Part shown: piece by piece, positions 48,409 through 60,499 of the stretch
How the letters are laid out: each line of letters begins with the position of its first letter
Numbering within the stretch: the first letter of the stretch is position 1
Assembly: GCA_913045115.1 (NCBI GenBank)
Contig: CAJWPJ010000003.1
Coordinates: 854-64,853 of the forward strand
DNA from: an uncultured Gammaproteobacteria bacterium
GTDB taxonomy: Bacteria > Pseudomonadota > Gammaproteobacteria > GCA-002705445 > GCA-002716945
Length of the DNA: 64,000 nucleotides
Direction of reading: 5' to 3'
The notes under the pieces: model-generated
The model's database searches: none
Told to the model about the DNA's origin: nothing
What the model saw: the letters and a program-made list of their open reading frames with translations, nothing else
Made by a program: the position numbers and the translations under genes

Positions 48409-49608
48409 ATGGAAATAGCAACAACAATATTAATTTACACTTCAGTATTAGGGTTTATACTCGGCTATGTTGTTAATAAAACAAATTTCTGCACAATGGG
48501 TGCTGTGTCTGATTTGGTGAACATTGGTGATTCTTCCCGCTTAAAAGCATGGTTTCTTGCTATTACAGTTGCAATACTGGGTGTCACATTTCTGGAATAC
48601 ACCGGGACATTAAATGCAAACGATTCAAGAATACCTTATCGTAACTCAGTCTTTTTCTGGCCAAGATATATTATTGGTGGAGTAATGTTTGGCATAGGAA
48701 TGACTTTAGCGAGTGGATGTGGAAATAAGATTCTTATTAGAATAGGTGGTGGAAATATAAAATCAATTTTTGTTTTAGTTATTGCAGGGTTAATGGCTTT
48801 ACTTATGACTAGAACTGATTTCTATGGTTTGATATTTCATAGTTGGATGAGCCCTATTAGTCCAGACCTAGCGAAAATTGGTATAGGTGATCAATCAATC
48901 CAAACAATAGTTGCATCGCTCATCGGTTTAGATAACAACAGTATATTTATTACCTTGATAGTTCCACTGATAATTTCCGCAATACTTCTGAAATATATTT
49001 TTTCTTCAGATAAAAAACTCAGTAATGACAATCTCCTCTCTGGTGTAGTCGTAGGTTTAGTTGTAACGTTTGCCTGGTTACTCACAGGAGGTGACCTTGG
49101 TCAATCATGGATAGAAAACAATGATTTCTTAGATACACCTTATCCTGCTGTCGGAGTGCAGTCATTTACATTTATTAACCCCATGGGAGAGGCACTTTTA
49201 TTTACAAGCAATACATTCGATAATTTCTTTTTAACTTTTGGTGTAGCGGCCCTATTTTCAACAATCTTAGGTTCATTTGTGTATTCAATTTTAAGCAATA
49301 ACTTGAGAGTGGAATGGTTTGCAAATAAGCATGATTTTTTTAGACATATGATTGGTGGAATATTGATTGGTATTGGAGGAGTTCTATCTCTAGGCTGTAC
49401 TATCGGACAAGGTGTTTCAGGTGTTTCTACATTAGCTATAGGCTCCGTAATTACTCTATTTTCAATCATATTTGGTGCTTCACTAATGATGAAAATCGAG
49501 TATTATAAAGCAGTGTACGATGATAGTGGTTTCTTTGAACTTCTTAAAAATTCACTTATAGATTTAAGGGTTCTCCCGGAAGCTCTGAGAACTCTTGAAA
49601 AGATTTAA
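48409..49608 (+). CDS. YeeE/YedE (TsuA/SoxT-like) sulfur-compound transporter
   Basis: Polytopic membrane protein with three conserved Cys motifs: NFCTMGAVSD, LASGCG, LGCTIGQG. Confidence 0.9.
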   Translation: MEIATTILIYTSVLGFILGYVVNKTNFCTMGAVSDLVNIGDSSRLKAWFLAITVAILGVTFLEYTGTLNANDSRIPYRNSVFFWPRYIIGGVMFGIGMTLASGCGNKILIRIGGGNIKSIFVLVIAGLMALLMTRTDFYGLIFHSWMSPISPDLAKIGIGDQSIQTIVASLIGLDNNSIFITLIVPLIISAILLKYIFSSDKKLSNDNLLSGVVVGLVVTFAWLLTGGDLGQSWIENNDFLDTPYPAVGVQSFTFINPMGEALLFTSNTFDNFFLTFGVAALFSTILGSFVYSILSNNLRVEWFANKHDFFRHMIGGILIGIGGVLSLGCTIGQGVSGVSTLAIGSVITLFSIIFGASLMMKIEYYKAVYDDSGFFELLKNSLIDLRVLPEALRTLEKI

Positions 49609-49615
49609 TATATTT

Positions 49616-49688
49616 GGGGCGTTAGCTCAGTTGGTAGAGCAGTGGCCTTTTAAGCCATTTGTCACAGGTTCGAATCCTGTACGCCCTA
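49616..49688 (+). tRNA. tRNA-Lys(UUU), CCA not encoded
   Basis: Cloverleaf: acceptor GGGGCGT/ACGCCCT, D-arm GCTC/GAGC, anticodon arm GTGGC-CTTTTAA-GCCAT (TTT at 49649-49651), T-arm ACAGG-TTCGAAT-CCTGT. Confidence 0.96.
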
Positions 49689-49711
49689 AGGTATTTTCAT
49701 ATTTTTTATTT

Positions 49712-50569
49712 TTGATACTTTTTTTGTCCTCAAATTTAGTATCAGCTAGTAATACTATTGAAATCACAAGGGATGATGGCATAACACTTAATGCAAACCT
49801 CTCTGAGAGTTTACAAAATGATTCCATATATATGATTGTTCATGGCACTCGTGGATTCAAGACCATGGAGATAATAAAATCATTGGAAGAAAAAATTATA
49901 CTTAATGGACATGATGTACTAAGTATAAATTTAAGTTATGGCGTCACCAATAGGGATGACAGCTTTCTATCTTGCGACATCAAACACACTCATAATGAAC
50001 ATGAGTCTGTTAGAGAGATCATTAGCTGGTATCAATATCTTTTGAGTAAAAACTATAAAAAAATAATATTTGTCGGACACTCCAGAGGTGGATTCAATAT
50101 CGTTCAAGCATCTGAATTAATTGGCAATAAGGATATTGAACTCCATTTACTTGCACCGATAGTCGATACATATAAAGGAACTAGAGATTACTATATGTCA
50201 GAAAATAATTTACCATATGACCAGATAATTCAAGATAATGATGAATATATAATTTCAGACCAATACTCTCAAATTAATTTTTTATTTTGTGAAAATGCTC
50301 AAGTTTCTTCAAGTACTTTTAGATCATATTTAGATTTTACTGAAAGTAGAACTAAATACCCATTTACTTTTAATATTATGAAATTACTAAACGAAAGTAG
50401 TAACAAGGTTTCAATTTATTCTGGTTCAGCAGATGAAATATTACTTGATAGTTATAAAAGATTTGAATCTCTTAATAAAGAGAATATAAAACATTTCATC
50501 ATTGAAGATGGAGATCATTTTTTCAGAGACATATATCTGGATGATGTAATTGATCTTATGTTTCAATAA
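49712..50569 (+). CDS. Secreted alpha/beta hydrolase; start uncertain (TTG 49595, 49631 or 49712)
   Basis: HG motif (VHGT), nucleophile elbow GHSRG, acid residue (SADE), His (GDHFF); signal-like hydrophobic stretch ending VSA. Confidence 0.78.
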   Translation: MILFLSSNLVSASNTIEITRDDGITLNANLSESLQNDSIYMIVHGTRGFKTMEIIKSLEEKIILNGHDVLSINLSYGVTNRDDSFLSCDIKHTHNEHESVREIISWYQYLLSKNYKKIIFVGHSRGGFNIVQASELIGNKDIELHLLAPIVDTYKGTRDYYMSENNLPYDQIIQDNDEYIISDQYSQINFLFCENAQVSSSTFRSYLDFTESRTKYPFTFNIMKLLNESSNKVSIYSGSADEILLDSYKRFESLNKENIKHFIIEDGDHFFRDIYLDDVIDLMFQ

Positions 50570-50570
50570 A

Positions 50571-51071
50571 TTACTGAACTATAAAAGGATCATCAGACGT
50601 TTCAGGAATATCGGCATCTAAGCTTTTTTCTAGTTGAGATGATGATTTAGGACCAATTGTTATTTCTGATTCAGAATTATCGAACATTCCTCTCATAACT
50701 TTGATTGTGGCAAATCTATTTTCCTTTTGGTAATTGATTAGTATGAATCTAGATCTAACGATACCTATTTCAGACCAGCCATCAGAAATCATATTTTTGC
50801 GGTAAAAGCTTACAGTATCATCCGCAGTTTCTTCATGCTGCAAATATAATATTCCTGAAAATTTACTTCCCTCACCAAAAATAACAGTCTTATTGACTAA
50901 ATATTTTGAATTCTCTGGAAGGGGTATGGATACTTGTAATTTTTGTTCAACTGATATTTCTTTTTGTTCCTCTGCCTGACTTTCTAGCATAGCTTGCATA
51001 TTTGCGCATGATGACAATAAGAATGAGGCTAATGTGAAAGTTAAGAATCTAGTTAAGTTCTTTGCCTGCAT
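50571..51071 (-). CDS. Uncharacterised lipoprotein downstream of soxA
   Basis: Lipobox LLSSC; family not recognised. Confidence 0.7.
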   Translation of the reverse strand: MQAKNLTRFLTFTLASFLLSSCANMQAMLESQAEEQKEISVEQKLQVSIPLPENSKYLVNKTVIFGEGSKFSGILYLQHEETADDTVSFYRKNMISDGWSEIGIVRSRFILINYQKENRFATIKVMRGMFDNSESEITIGPKSSSQLEKSLDADIPETSDDPFIVQ

Positions 51072-51096
51072 ATCCTAGAGTATATATTAAATATAT

Positions 51097-51924
51097 TTAT
51101 TTTCTAGAGCCGGGACCATTAACTTCGAGGCCGTTACTCATGAATGTAGTAAAAAATTCAAGATTATTAAGCTCATCGCTGCCACCTTTAAAGCTTTTTG
51201 CTCTGATGCGATTGAGACATCCCGCAAATCTCTCATGAAGAGTTACTAATCTTCCCATGCCAGAGCGATAAACAGGAAAATGTGTTGGGTGTCCTATTGC
51301 TGGACTCGGGATATCAGCTCTTAGTTTTGTTCCTGTTTGATAAACATGACAATCTGCACAAGAAAAATTAAGCTGTCCTTTTTTCGTAAAATATAATCTT
51401 TTGCCATCTTCATAAGCGTCTAATGCTTCTTTTGTATTCGGAATTTGAACATCAAATTTATTGCCCCTGGATGTATAGGCCATATAAGCAGAGACATGCG
51501 CAAGTTCTTTTCCTTTGAAATAACTTAGTGGCTTTTCTCCATTCTTTATTCTGCAATCATTAATTGCACCTTCTAAAGTAACTACTTTATTCATATCCGT
51601 ATCAAAATAAGGATAGTTTTGTCTTATACCAATACCATCATTCTCAAAACATGACCCGTAAGTATTACCATTTTTGAAAGGCTTATTAAATAATTCTTCG
51701 CCTCTATCAACATTAAGTTCATATGGAGGAAATTCTTCCATAGCTTCCCATTGTTCTCTTGCAGACTTGTCAATAGAATAGACGCCATTCTTATAGTCCT
51801 CGAATGGAGTGTCTGGGAATCTATTTTCAAAATAACTTACAAAATCATCATAGTCTTTCTCTGGACTCGCAATCACAGCCATGGATGGTAATAAAAGGGA
51901 AAAAATTAATAATTTTTTTAACAT
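51097..51924 (-). CDS. soxA: Sulfur oxidation c-type cytochrome SoxA (monoheme type)
   Basis: FPPYE, TLEGAINDCR..NGE, SRG, GQLNFSCADCH, FPVYR, active-site RFAGC...IRA, SNGL..NGPGSRK. Confidence 0.95.
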   Translation of the reverse strand: MLKKLLIFSLLLPSMAVIASPEKDYDDFVSYFENRFPDTPFEDYKNGVYSIDKSAREQWEAMEEFPPYELNVDRGEELFNKPFKNGNTYGSCFENDGIGIRQNYPYFDTDMNKVVTLEGAINDCRIKNGEKPLSYFKGKELAHVSAYMAYTSRGNKFDVQIPNTKEALDAYEDGKRLYFTKKGQLNFSCADCHVYQTGTKLRADIPSPAIGHPTHFPVYRSGMGRLVTLHERFAGCLNRIRAKSFKGGSDELNNLEFFTTFMSNGLEVNGPGSRK

Positions 51925-52233
51925 TTATTTAACAGTGCCAGTTTTAGAGTCTCTGTTTCCTTGATTGTCGACCCATGAGATTTCTAAGTTATCTCCTTTG
52001 TTACCTTTATACTTAAATGTTAAGTATGGATTTTTCGATACCGCAGGTCCCCAATAAATAGTTATTACATCTTTTCCATTTGCCTTACTATGAACTTCTT
52101 GGATGTAATGTGCAGGTATTAGTTCACCTGTTTTTTTATCTTTCCTTTGCCCAGTTTCCATTGGGTGCTTAATTAATGCTTTAACTGTTACAACACCATT
52201 AGATTCTTTTGATCTCATTTTAATAGTACTCAT
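51925..52233 (-). CDS. soxZ: Sulfur carrier subunit SoxZ
   Basis: HPMETGQRKD, PAHYIQ, VSKNPY, WVDNQG. Confidence 0.96.
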   Translation of the reverse strand: MSTIKMRSKESNGVVTVKALIKHPMETGQRKDKKTGELIPAHYIQEVHSKANGKDVITIYWGPAVSKNPYLTFKYKGNKGDNLEISWVDNQGNRDSKTGTVK

Positions 52234-52235
52234 AA

Positions 52236-52697
52236 TTAACCTCCACAGCCTCCTATAGTTACTTTAACCTCTTGTGTTGAGGTATAGACTTTGTCACCAC
52301 TTTTAACCGCTGCCATTACATTTGATGTTTTACCCATTTTTAATCTTGTTCCTATAGATGGTTCTGACAACGCGGTTAACTTATACCCACTGGATAATGG
52401 TTGCGGATTATTCTCAACAAATATCATTATTGAATCTACATTATCGAGAGTAGTTGATACATTGATTGGAACAATGGCGCCATTTTCAGCAATTTCTGGA
52501 GCCTTGAGTTTCACTTTTGATGATTCTTCTAAATTACTATGTCCATAAACACTACTTACTGATTCAGTTAAATCTTTTATATCAAATGACTTTTTAGGCC
52601 AAGCTGCGTATGCTTTATTTGAGACAATAAGTGACGGCGCTGCCACTAGTGAACCTGCGAACAACATACTATTTTTTATAAAGTTTCTTCTATTCAT
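52236..52697 (-). CDS. soxY: Sulfur carrier subunit SoxY
   Basis: Tat motif NRRNFIK, APEIAENGAIVP, NPQP, C-terminal VKVTIGGCGG; GAGGAG before ATG 52697. Confidence 0.97.
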   Translation of the reverse strand: MNRRNFIKNSMLFAGSLVAAPSLIVSNKAYAAWPKKSFDIKDLTESVSSVYGHSNLEESSKVKLKAPEIAENGAIVPINVSTTLDNVDSIMIFVENNPQPLSSGYKLTALSEPSIGTRLKMGKTSNVMAAVKSGDKVYTSTQEVKVTIGGCGG

Positions 52698-52705
52698 GTT
52701 TCTCC

Positions 52706-53041
52706 TCAAAGTGTATATAAATAATCAATAATCTTGTTAATTTCTTTTTTAGTTAGGGCTCCATGTTTTCCAAACGGAGGCATAAATGTATAAGGGTCAT
52801 CCTTGGTTGGATCCCAAATTTGTTGATAAAGGACCTCTCTATCAGGAAACCTTGCTTTCATTGCAAGCAGAGGCGGACCATTATTTCCTGCTAATTCACC
52901 ATCGTCAATCATATGACACGCAAGGCAATTACCCTTTTTTCTATCGAAGGTAAGCTTTTTACCCTCTGCAATGTTATCTGAATATGATGAAATTGGTGTA
53001 AATATTATTACAAAAAGTAATGATTTTATAAGGTTTTTCAT
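52706..53041 (-). CDS. soxX: Sulfur oxidation cytochrome SoxX
   Basis: FDRKKGNCLACH, GN.GPPL, QIWDP, MPPFGKH. Confidence 0.95.
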   Translation of the reverse strand: MKNLIKSLLFVIIFTPISSYSDNIAEGKKLTFDRKKGNCLACHMIDDGELAGNNGPPLLAMKARFPDREVLYQQIWDPTKDDPYTFMPPFGKHGALTKKEINKIIDYLYTL

Positions 53042-53082
53042 GTCAGTATTATATATATGAATGGCCTTTATTAAAACATTTT

Positions 53083-54504
53083 TTAATCACAGGTTTTATC
53101 ACCAAATATCGGCTCGAGCGGAGGGTTTCTGTCACAAAGTATACTTTTTCGCATGTTTTTAAGATTAGTCTTCTGGATGTTATTTAGTTCGTCAGAGGTC
53201 AAACCATCATCAATTACTCTGAATGCCATGGGCATATTTCCCTTGATGTTATAAAAGTTAACAAGGGCTAATTTTGCATTATATTTATCTTGAATTTTTT
53301 CATACCCCTCTGCCAATAGTTTATAAGCTCGAGGATTATTGTAATTATTCGACATTGCTATACTTAATTTTTTTACACTTTGATCGAGCCTAATCGAATC
53401 TTTTATATTATATTTTAGAAGTTGAAAAGTGATAGCATTATTATTTGGATATATTTCTAAAATGTCTTTTAGTATTTCTCTGGCTTTATTTTTCTCCCCA
53501 TCAGCCCATAGAATATCTGACATTAAAGATGCTATGTAAATATTATATTTATCTTTATAGTAATCTTTTTGTAAAATATTTTTGGCTTTTGTAAATTCAC
53601 CTTTGACAAATTCGCCTAGCGCAAGCTTATGATTATTTATAGAACTATCAGAATGAACACGATTACTTAGCTGTACAATTTCCATAGATGACTCTAATAT
53701 ATTTTTTATATATAAATAATCATTCGAACTATTTATAATTGGATTGATTTGTGTATTTCCTTTATCCTTTATGTTGCTGATTCGATTCGTATAGAGAGGA
53801 TGAGTCATGAAATATTCATTCAGGTTTGATTGATCATTAGAATCTCCTTGCATTAATCTAAAAAAGTTCGCCATTTCATTCAAATCAAAATTACTTTTTA
53901 ATATTAGTCTTGCTGCAAATGCATCAGCTTCTATTTCATTCTCTCTTACAAGGTTAATATTCTTTTGAACTGATAAACCTATTCCAGATCTTATTGATGC
54001 AATACTAGCTTCAGTTTGTCCTGCCAATATTCCAGCAAAAATACCAATCCACATTGGTATTGAGTTTACATTACTGTTAGCCATCATCTCCGCTGAATGC
54101 CTAAGAACAACATGTGCTAGCTCATGGGCAACTACTCCAGCTAATTGAGCCTCATTTTCTGTCAGAGTAACTAATCCAGCATTTAACCCTATATAGCCAC
54201 CTGGAACAGCAAAAGCATTTACAGACTTAGCTTTTGTTACAAAGAAAACATACTCTCTATCAATTGATATATTCCTGCTTAATCTATTTCCTAGATATGA
54301 GATATAGTCACTCACCAATACATCATTTACAATATAATTGCTTTTTTGAAGATTTTTATAGATATTGCCTCCTATTTTCTTTTCATCAGATAATGTAAGT
54401 GTTTTGTTAAGTGAATCACCTAGGACCGGTGATGGATTTTCAGAATTAGATTCTGCTGACAATGTAAAAAATACACTTGTTGCCAGAAATATAATCTTAT
54501 GCAT
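53083..54504 (-). CDS. bepA: M48 metalloprotease/chaperone BepA-like
   Basis: NAFAVPGG, QLAGVVAHELAH, E.EAD, FMTHPL, TPR-like C-terminus; divergent from tusA. Confidence 0.85.
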   Translation of the reverse strand: MHKIIFLATSVFFTLSAESNSENPSPVLGDSLNKTLTLSDEKKIGGNIYKNLQKSNYIVNDVLVSDYISYLGNRLSRNISIDREYVFFVTKAKSVNAFAVPGGYIGLNAGLVTLTENEAQLAGVVAHELAHVVLRHSAEMMANSNVNSIPMWIGIFAGILAGQTEASIASIRSGIGLSVQKNINLVRENEIEADAFAARLILKSNFDLNEMANFFRLMQGDSNDQSNLNEYFMTHPLYTNRISNIKDKGNTQINPIINSSNDYLYIKNILESSMEIVQLSNRVHSDSSINNHKLALGEFVKGEFTKAKNILQKDYYKDKYNIYIASLMSDILWADGEKNKAREILKDILEIYPNNNAITFQLLKYNIKDSIRLDQSVKKLSIAMSNNYNNPRAYKLLAEGYEKIQDKYNAKLALVNFYNIKGNMPMAFRVIDDGLTSDELNNIQKTNLKNMRKSILCDRNPPLEPIFGDKTCD

Positions 54505-54596
54505 TTATTCTCCACATGAGCTATCTTTCTCTATATTAAATAATCTAAATGTACTAATATAGTTCAGTATATTATAACTCAAGAGGTATTATAAAA

Positions 54597-54827
54597 ATGA
54601 GTGATTTTGACAAAGAACTAGATACGAGTGGGTTAAATTGCCCATTACCAATCATTAAAGCAAAAAAGGAGATAAATACCATGGAGTCTGGTCAAATACT
54701 TCATGTTATATCAACCGATCCAGGGGCAGTAATGGACTTTGAATCCTTTGCAGGACAAACAGGTAACGAACTATTATCCTCTGACACTAAAGATAATAAA
54801 TTTTATTTCCTCATCAAAAAAAGCTAG
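54597..54827 (+). CDS. tusA: Sulfurtransferase TusA family
   Basis: LDTSGLNCPLP, TDPG..DF. Confidence 0.9.
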   Translation: MSDFDKELDTSGLNCPLPIIKAKKEINTMESGQILHVISTDPGAVMDFESFAGQTGNELLSSDTKDNKFYFLIKKS

Positions 54828-54829
54828 AA

Positions 54830-56556
54830 ATGAAACTGAGTGGTTCAGAGATTATAATTGAATCCCTAAAAAAAGAAGGGGTGGATTATATATTTGGATA
54901 TCCCGGCGGAGCCGTTCTACATATATACGACGCTTTATTTGCCGCAAAAGATATTAAACATGTACTTGTAAGACATGAGCAGGGTGCTACGCACGCAGCG
55001 GATGGCTATGCTAGGGCTTGTAACAAACCAGGTGTTGTTTTAGTAACATCTGGTCCTGGAATAACTAATTGCGTTACTGGAATTGCTACCGCTCATATGG
55101 ACTCGATTCCGATGATTGTAATCTCTGGGCAAGTATCGCGACAATACGTCGGAAGTGATGCCTTTCAAGAGGCTGATGCTACTGGTATTACCAGACCAAT
55201 CTGTAAACATAATTTTTTAATCAATGATAGAGAGTCAATCGCAGATACATTTAGAAAAGCATTTATTATAGCGACAACAGGCCGTCCTGGTCCGGTAATA
55301 ATAGATATTCCTAAAGATCTCACTGATCCGAATGTTAAGATTGCTTTTGAGTACAAAAAGAATATTAAAATCAGATCCTATAAAGTAAAAACAAATGAAG
55401 ATGAAAATAAGATTGAGGATGCAGCCAAATTACTATGCTTAGCTAAGAAGCCAATGATATATACTGGTGGAGGTGTCATTCTCAGCAAGGCAAGCAAAGA
55501 ATTAATCAAATTAACAAGGTTGTTGAAGTACCCCATTACAAACACTCTAATGGGCTTGGGCGCATATCCATCATCTGATGATCAATTTCTTGGCATGTTA
55601 GGCATGCATGGGACATATGAAGCGAATATGGCGATGCATGATTGCGATGTTCTGCTTGCTGTAGGTGCAAGATTCGATGATAGAGTTACAGGTGATACAA
55701 AACAGTTTTGCCCAAAAGCAAAAATTATTCATATTGACATTGATCCATCATCTATCTCAAAAATTATTGAAGTTGATCACTCATTGATCGGAGATACAAA
55801 GAGTATTCTCAAGAAACTGACATCATTCGTTGCAAAGCATAAGAGAAATATTAACAACCATGAGCTTGAAAAATGGTGGAAGAAGATTAAGTCTTGGCAA
55901 AGAAAAAACTGTTTATCTTATAAAAAATCAAAAGATGTAATAAAGCCACAATCTGTCATAGAAACGCTTCATAAGTTATCAAAAGGAAAAGCATTCGTAA
56001 CCTCCGACGTTGGACAACACCAAATGTGGGTTGCTCAATATTATAAATTTGACAAACCCAATAGATGGATCAACTCGGGAGGATTGGGTACCATGGGCTT
56101 TGGATTGCCTGCTGCTATCGGAGCGCAACTTGCTTACCCAAAAGAGGAGGTTATCTGTGTTACTGGGGAAGCGAGCATACTCATGTGCATTCAGGAATTA
56201 TCAACATGTTTACAGTATGGTTTACCTATAAAAGTAATTAATCTGAACAATAGATACATGGGAATGGTAAGACAATGGCAAGAATTCTTTTACGAGGGAA
56301 GATATGCAATGTCATACATGGACGCCATTCCTAACTTTGCCAAACTTGCTGAGAGCTTTGGGCACATAGGAATGGTAATCGATAAACCAGAGAATCTTGA
56401 AAAAGATCTTAAATCTGCTCTCAGTCAAAAAAATAGATTAGTTTTTGTGGATGTCATAACGGATCAAACAGAAAATGTATATCCAATGATTGTAAGCGGT
56501 AAAGGTCACCATGAGATGCATCTTGCACCATCAGCAAATGAGGATATTGAATTAGC

Positions 56557-56560
<4 letters not shown>
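54830..56560 (+). CDS. ilvI: Acetolactate synthase large subunit
   Basis: FGYPGGAVL, RHEQGA, TSGPG, RFDDRVTG, DVGQHQMW, SGGLGTMGFGLP, GMVRQWQ. Confidence 0.96.
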
Positions 56561-58878
<2,318 letters not shown>

Positions 58879-58957
58879 AGAAGCATAATAATTATCCTTC
58901 AACCTTTTTTCTCTTAGGTTATAATGCACCATATAATTGAATACTTAGATATTACCT

Positions 58958-60499
58958 ATGAATAAAGATCATTTGATAATCTTTGATACAACGTTACGGG
59001 ACGGAGAACAGAGTCCTGGAGCTTCTATGGATATAGAAGAGAAAATGCAGATCGCCAACGCTTTAAGTGATTTAAATGTAGATGTTATAGAGGCAGGTTT
59101 CCCGATTGCAAGTAATGGTGATTTTACTGCCGTCAAAGAAATTGCTAATTCAATTTCTAATTCTAGAATCTGTGCTCTCGCTAGAGCACTTGACAAAGAT
59201 ATCCTACGAGCAGCAGATGCTTTAAAAAATGCCAAGCTCTCAAGAATTCATACTTTTATTGCAACTTCACCTATACATATGGAAATGAAATTAAAGATGT
59301 CTCCGGATCAAGTTATTGAAAATGCTGTGAGTGCGGTAAAAATGGCAAGAGAGCATGTTCAGGATGTTGAATTCTCACCAGAAGATGCTGGGAGATCTGA
59401 CTTTGATTTCTTATGTAAAATTATTGAGAGAGTCATTGATGCCGGCGCATCCACAATAAATATACCAGATACCGTGGGTTATAATTTGCCTCATCAATTT
59501 GGCGAATTGATCTCTAAAATCATTCAAAACGTTCCAAATTCAAATGATGCCGTTTTTTCGGTTCATTGCCATAACGATCTTGGATTAGCAGTGTCTAATT
59601 CATTGTCATCAGTTTTAAATGGTGCAAGACAAGTAGAATGTACAATAAACGGATTGGGTGAGAGAGCTGGTAATGCTGCACTGGAAGAAATTGTTATGAC
59701 TGTAAAGACTCGGAGAGATATCTTTACTTGTGATACAAAGATAAACACAAAAAAAATAATGAACTGCTCAAGACTTGTGTCAAGTATAACTGGTTTCCCA
59801 GTCCAACCGAATAAAGCAATTGTAGGCAAGAATGCTTTTGCTCATGAATCAGGAATTCATCAAGATGGAATCATTAAATCTAGAGAGACTTATGAAATTA
59901 TGAGAGCCGAGGATATAGGTTTAGTAAGTAACTCATTGGTACTTGGGAAACATTCTGGTCGTAATGCTTTTAAACAAAAGCTTGATGAGCTCAATATTCA
60001 ATCTGACTCAGATAATTCATTTAATGATTTATTTTCAAGGTTCAAAGAACTTGCAGATAAAAAACATGATATCTATGATGAAGATATAATACGCTTATCA
60101 AATAATATATCTCTCACTGGTGATGATATCCAGTTGAGTTACATGTCAGTAATTTGTGACACAAATAAAAAACCAAATGCTAAAATTAAGTTAAATATAA
60201 AGGGAGAAGAAATAGAAGCGTCAGCTGAAGGTGATGGTGCTGTAGACGCCGCCTTCAATGCAATCAAAGAAATTATTGACCTTAAAGTAGACCTCAAACT
60301 TTATTCAGTTAACAACATAACTTCAGGAACTGATGCACAAGGTGAAGTAACAGTAAGAGTTGTTAAAGGCGACCTTATTGTAAATGGTCATGGAGCCGAT
60401 ACTGATATCGTAAAAGCATCTGTATTAGCCTACTTGAATGCAATTAACAAGATTTATCAGAACCCAGATCTAGATTCGAAAAAATTATCAGGTATCTAA
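58958..60499 (+). CDS. leuA: 2-isopropylmalate synthase
   Basis: FDTTLRDGEQSPG, HCHNDLG, GERAGNA, FAHESGIHQDG, LGKHSG, regulatory domain. Confidence 0.98.
   Translation: MNKDHLIIFDTTLRDGEQSPGASMDIEEKMQIANALSDLNVDVIEAGFPIASNGDFTAVKEIANSISNSRICALARALDKDILRAADALKNAKLSRIHTFIATSPIHMEMKLKMSPDQVIENAVSAVKMAREHVQDVEFSPEDAGRSDFDFLCKIIERVIDAGASTINIPDTVGYNLPHQFGELISKIIQNVPNSNDAVFSVHCHNDLGLAVSNSLSSVLNGARQVECTINGLGERAGNAALEEIVMTVKTRRDIFTCDTKINTKKIMNCSRLVSSITGFPVQPNKAIVGKNAFAHESGIHQDGIIKSRETYEIMRAEDIGLVSNSLVLGKHSGRNAFKQKLDELNIQSDSDNSFNDLFSRFKELADKKHDIYDEDIIRLSNNISLTGDDIQLSYMSVICDTNKKPNAKIKLNIKGEEIEASAEGDGAVDAAFNAIKEIIDLKVDLKLYSVNNITSGTDAQGEVTVRVVKGDLIVNGHGADTDIVKASVLAYLNAINKIYQNPDLDSKKLSGI

Noticed and set aside
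49616..54504. Sox cluster as a genomic island integrated at tRNA-Lys
   Set aside because: No integrase, no duplicated tRNA 3' end seen, host-like composition, and a sulfur gene also lies upstream of the tRNA.
58924..58965. 13-codon ORF (MHHIIEYLDITYE) before leuA as an attenuator leader
   Set aside because: Only one Leu codon and no terminator/antiterminator hairpins.
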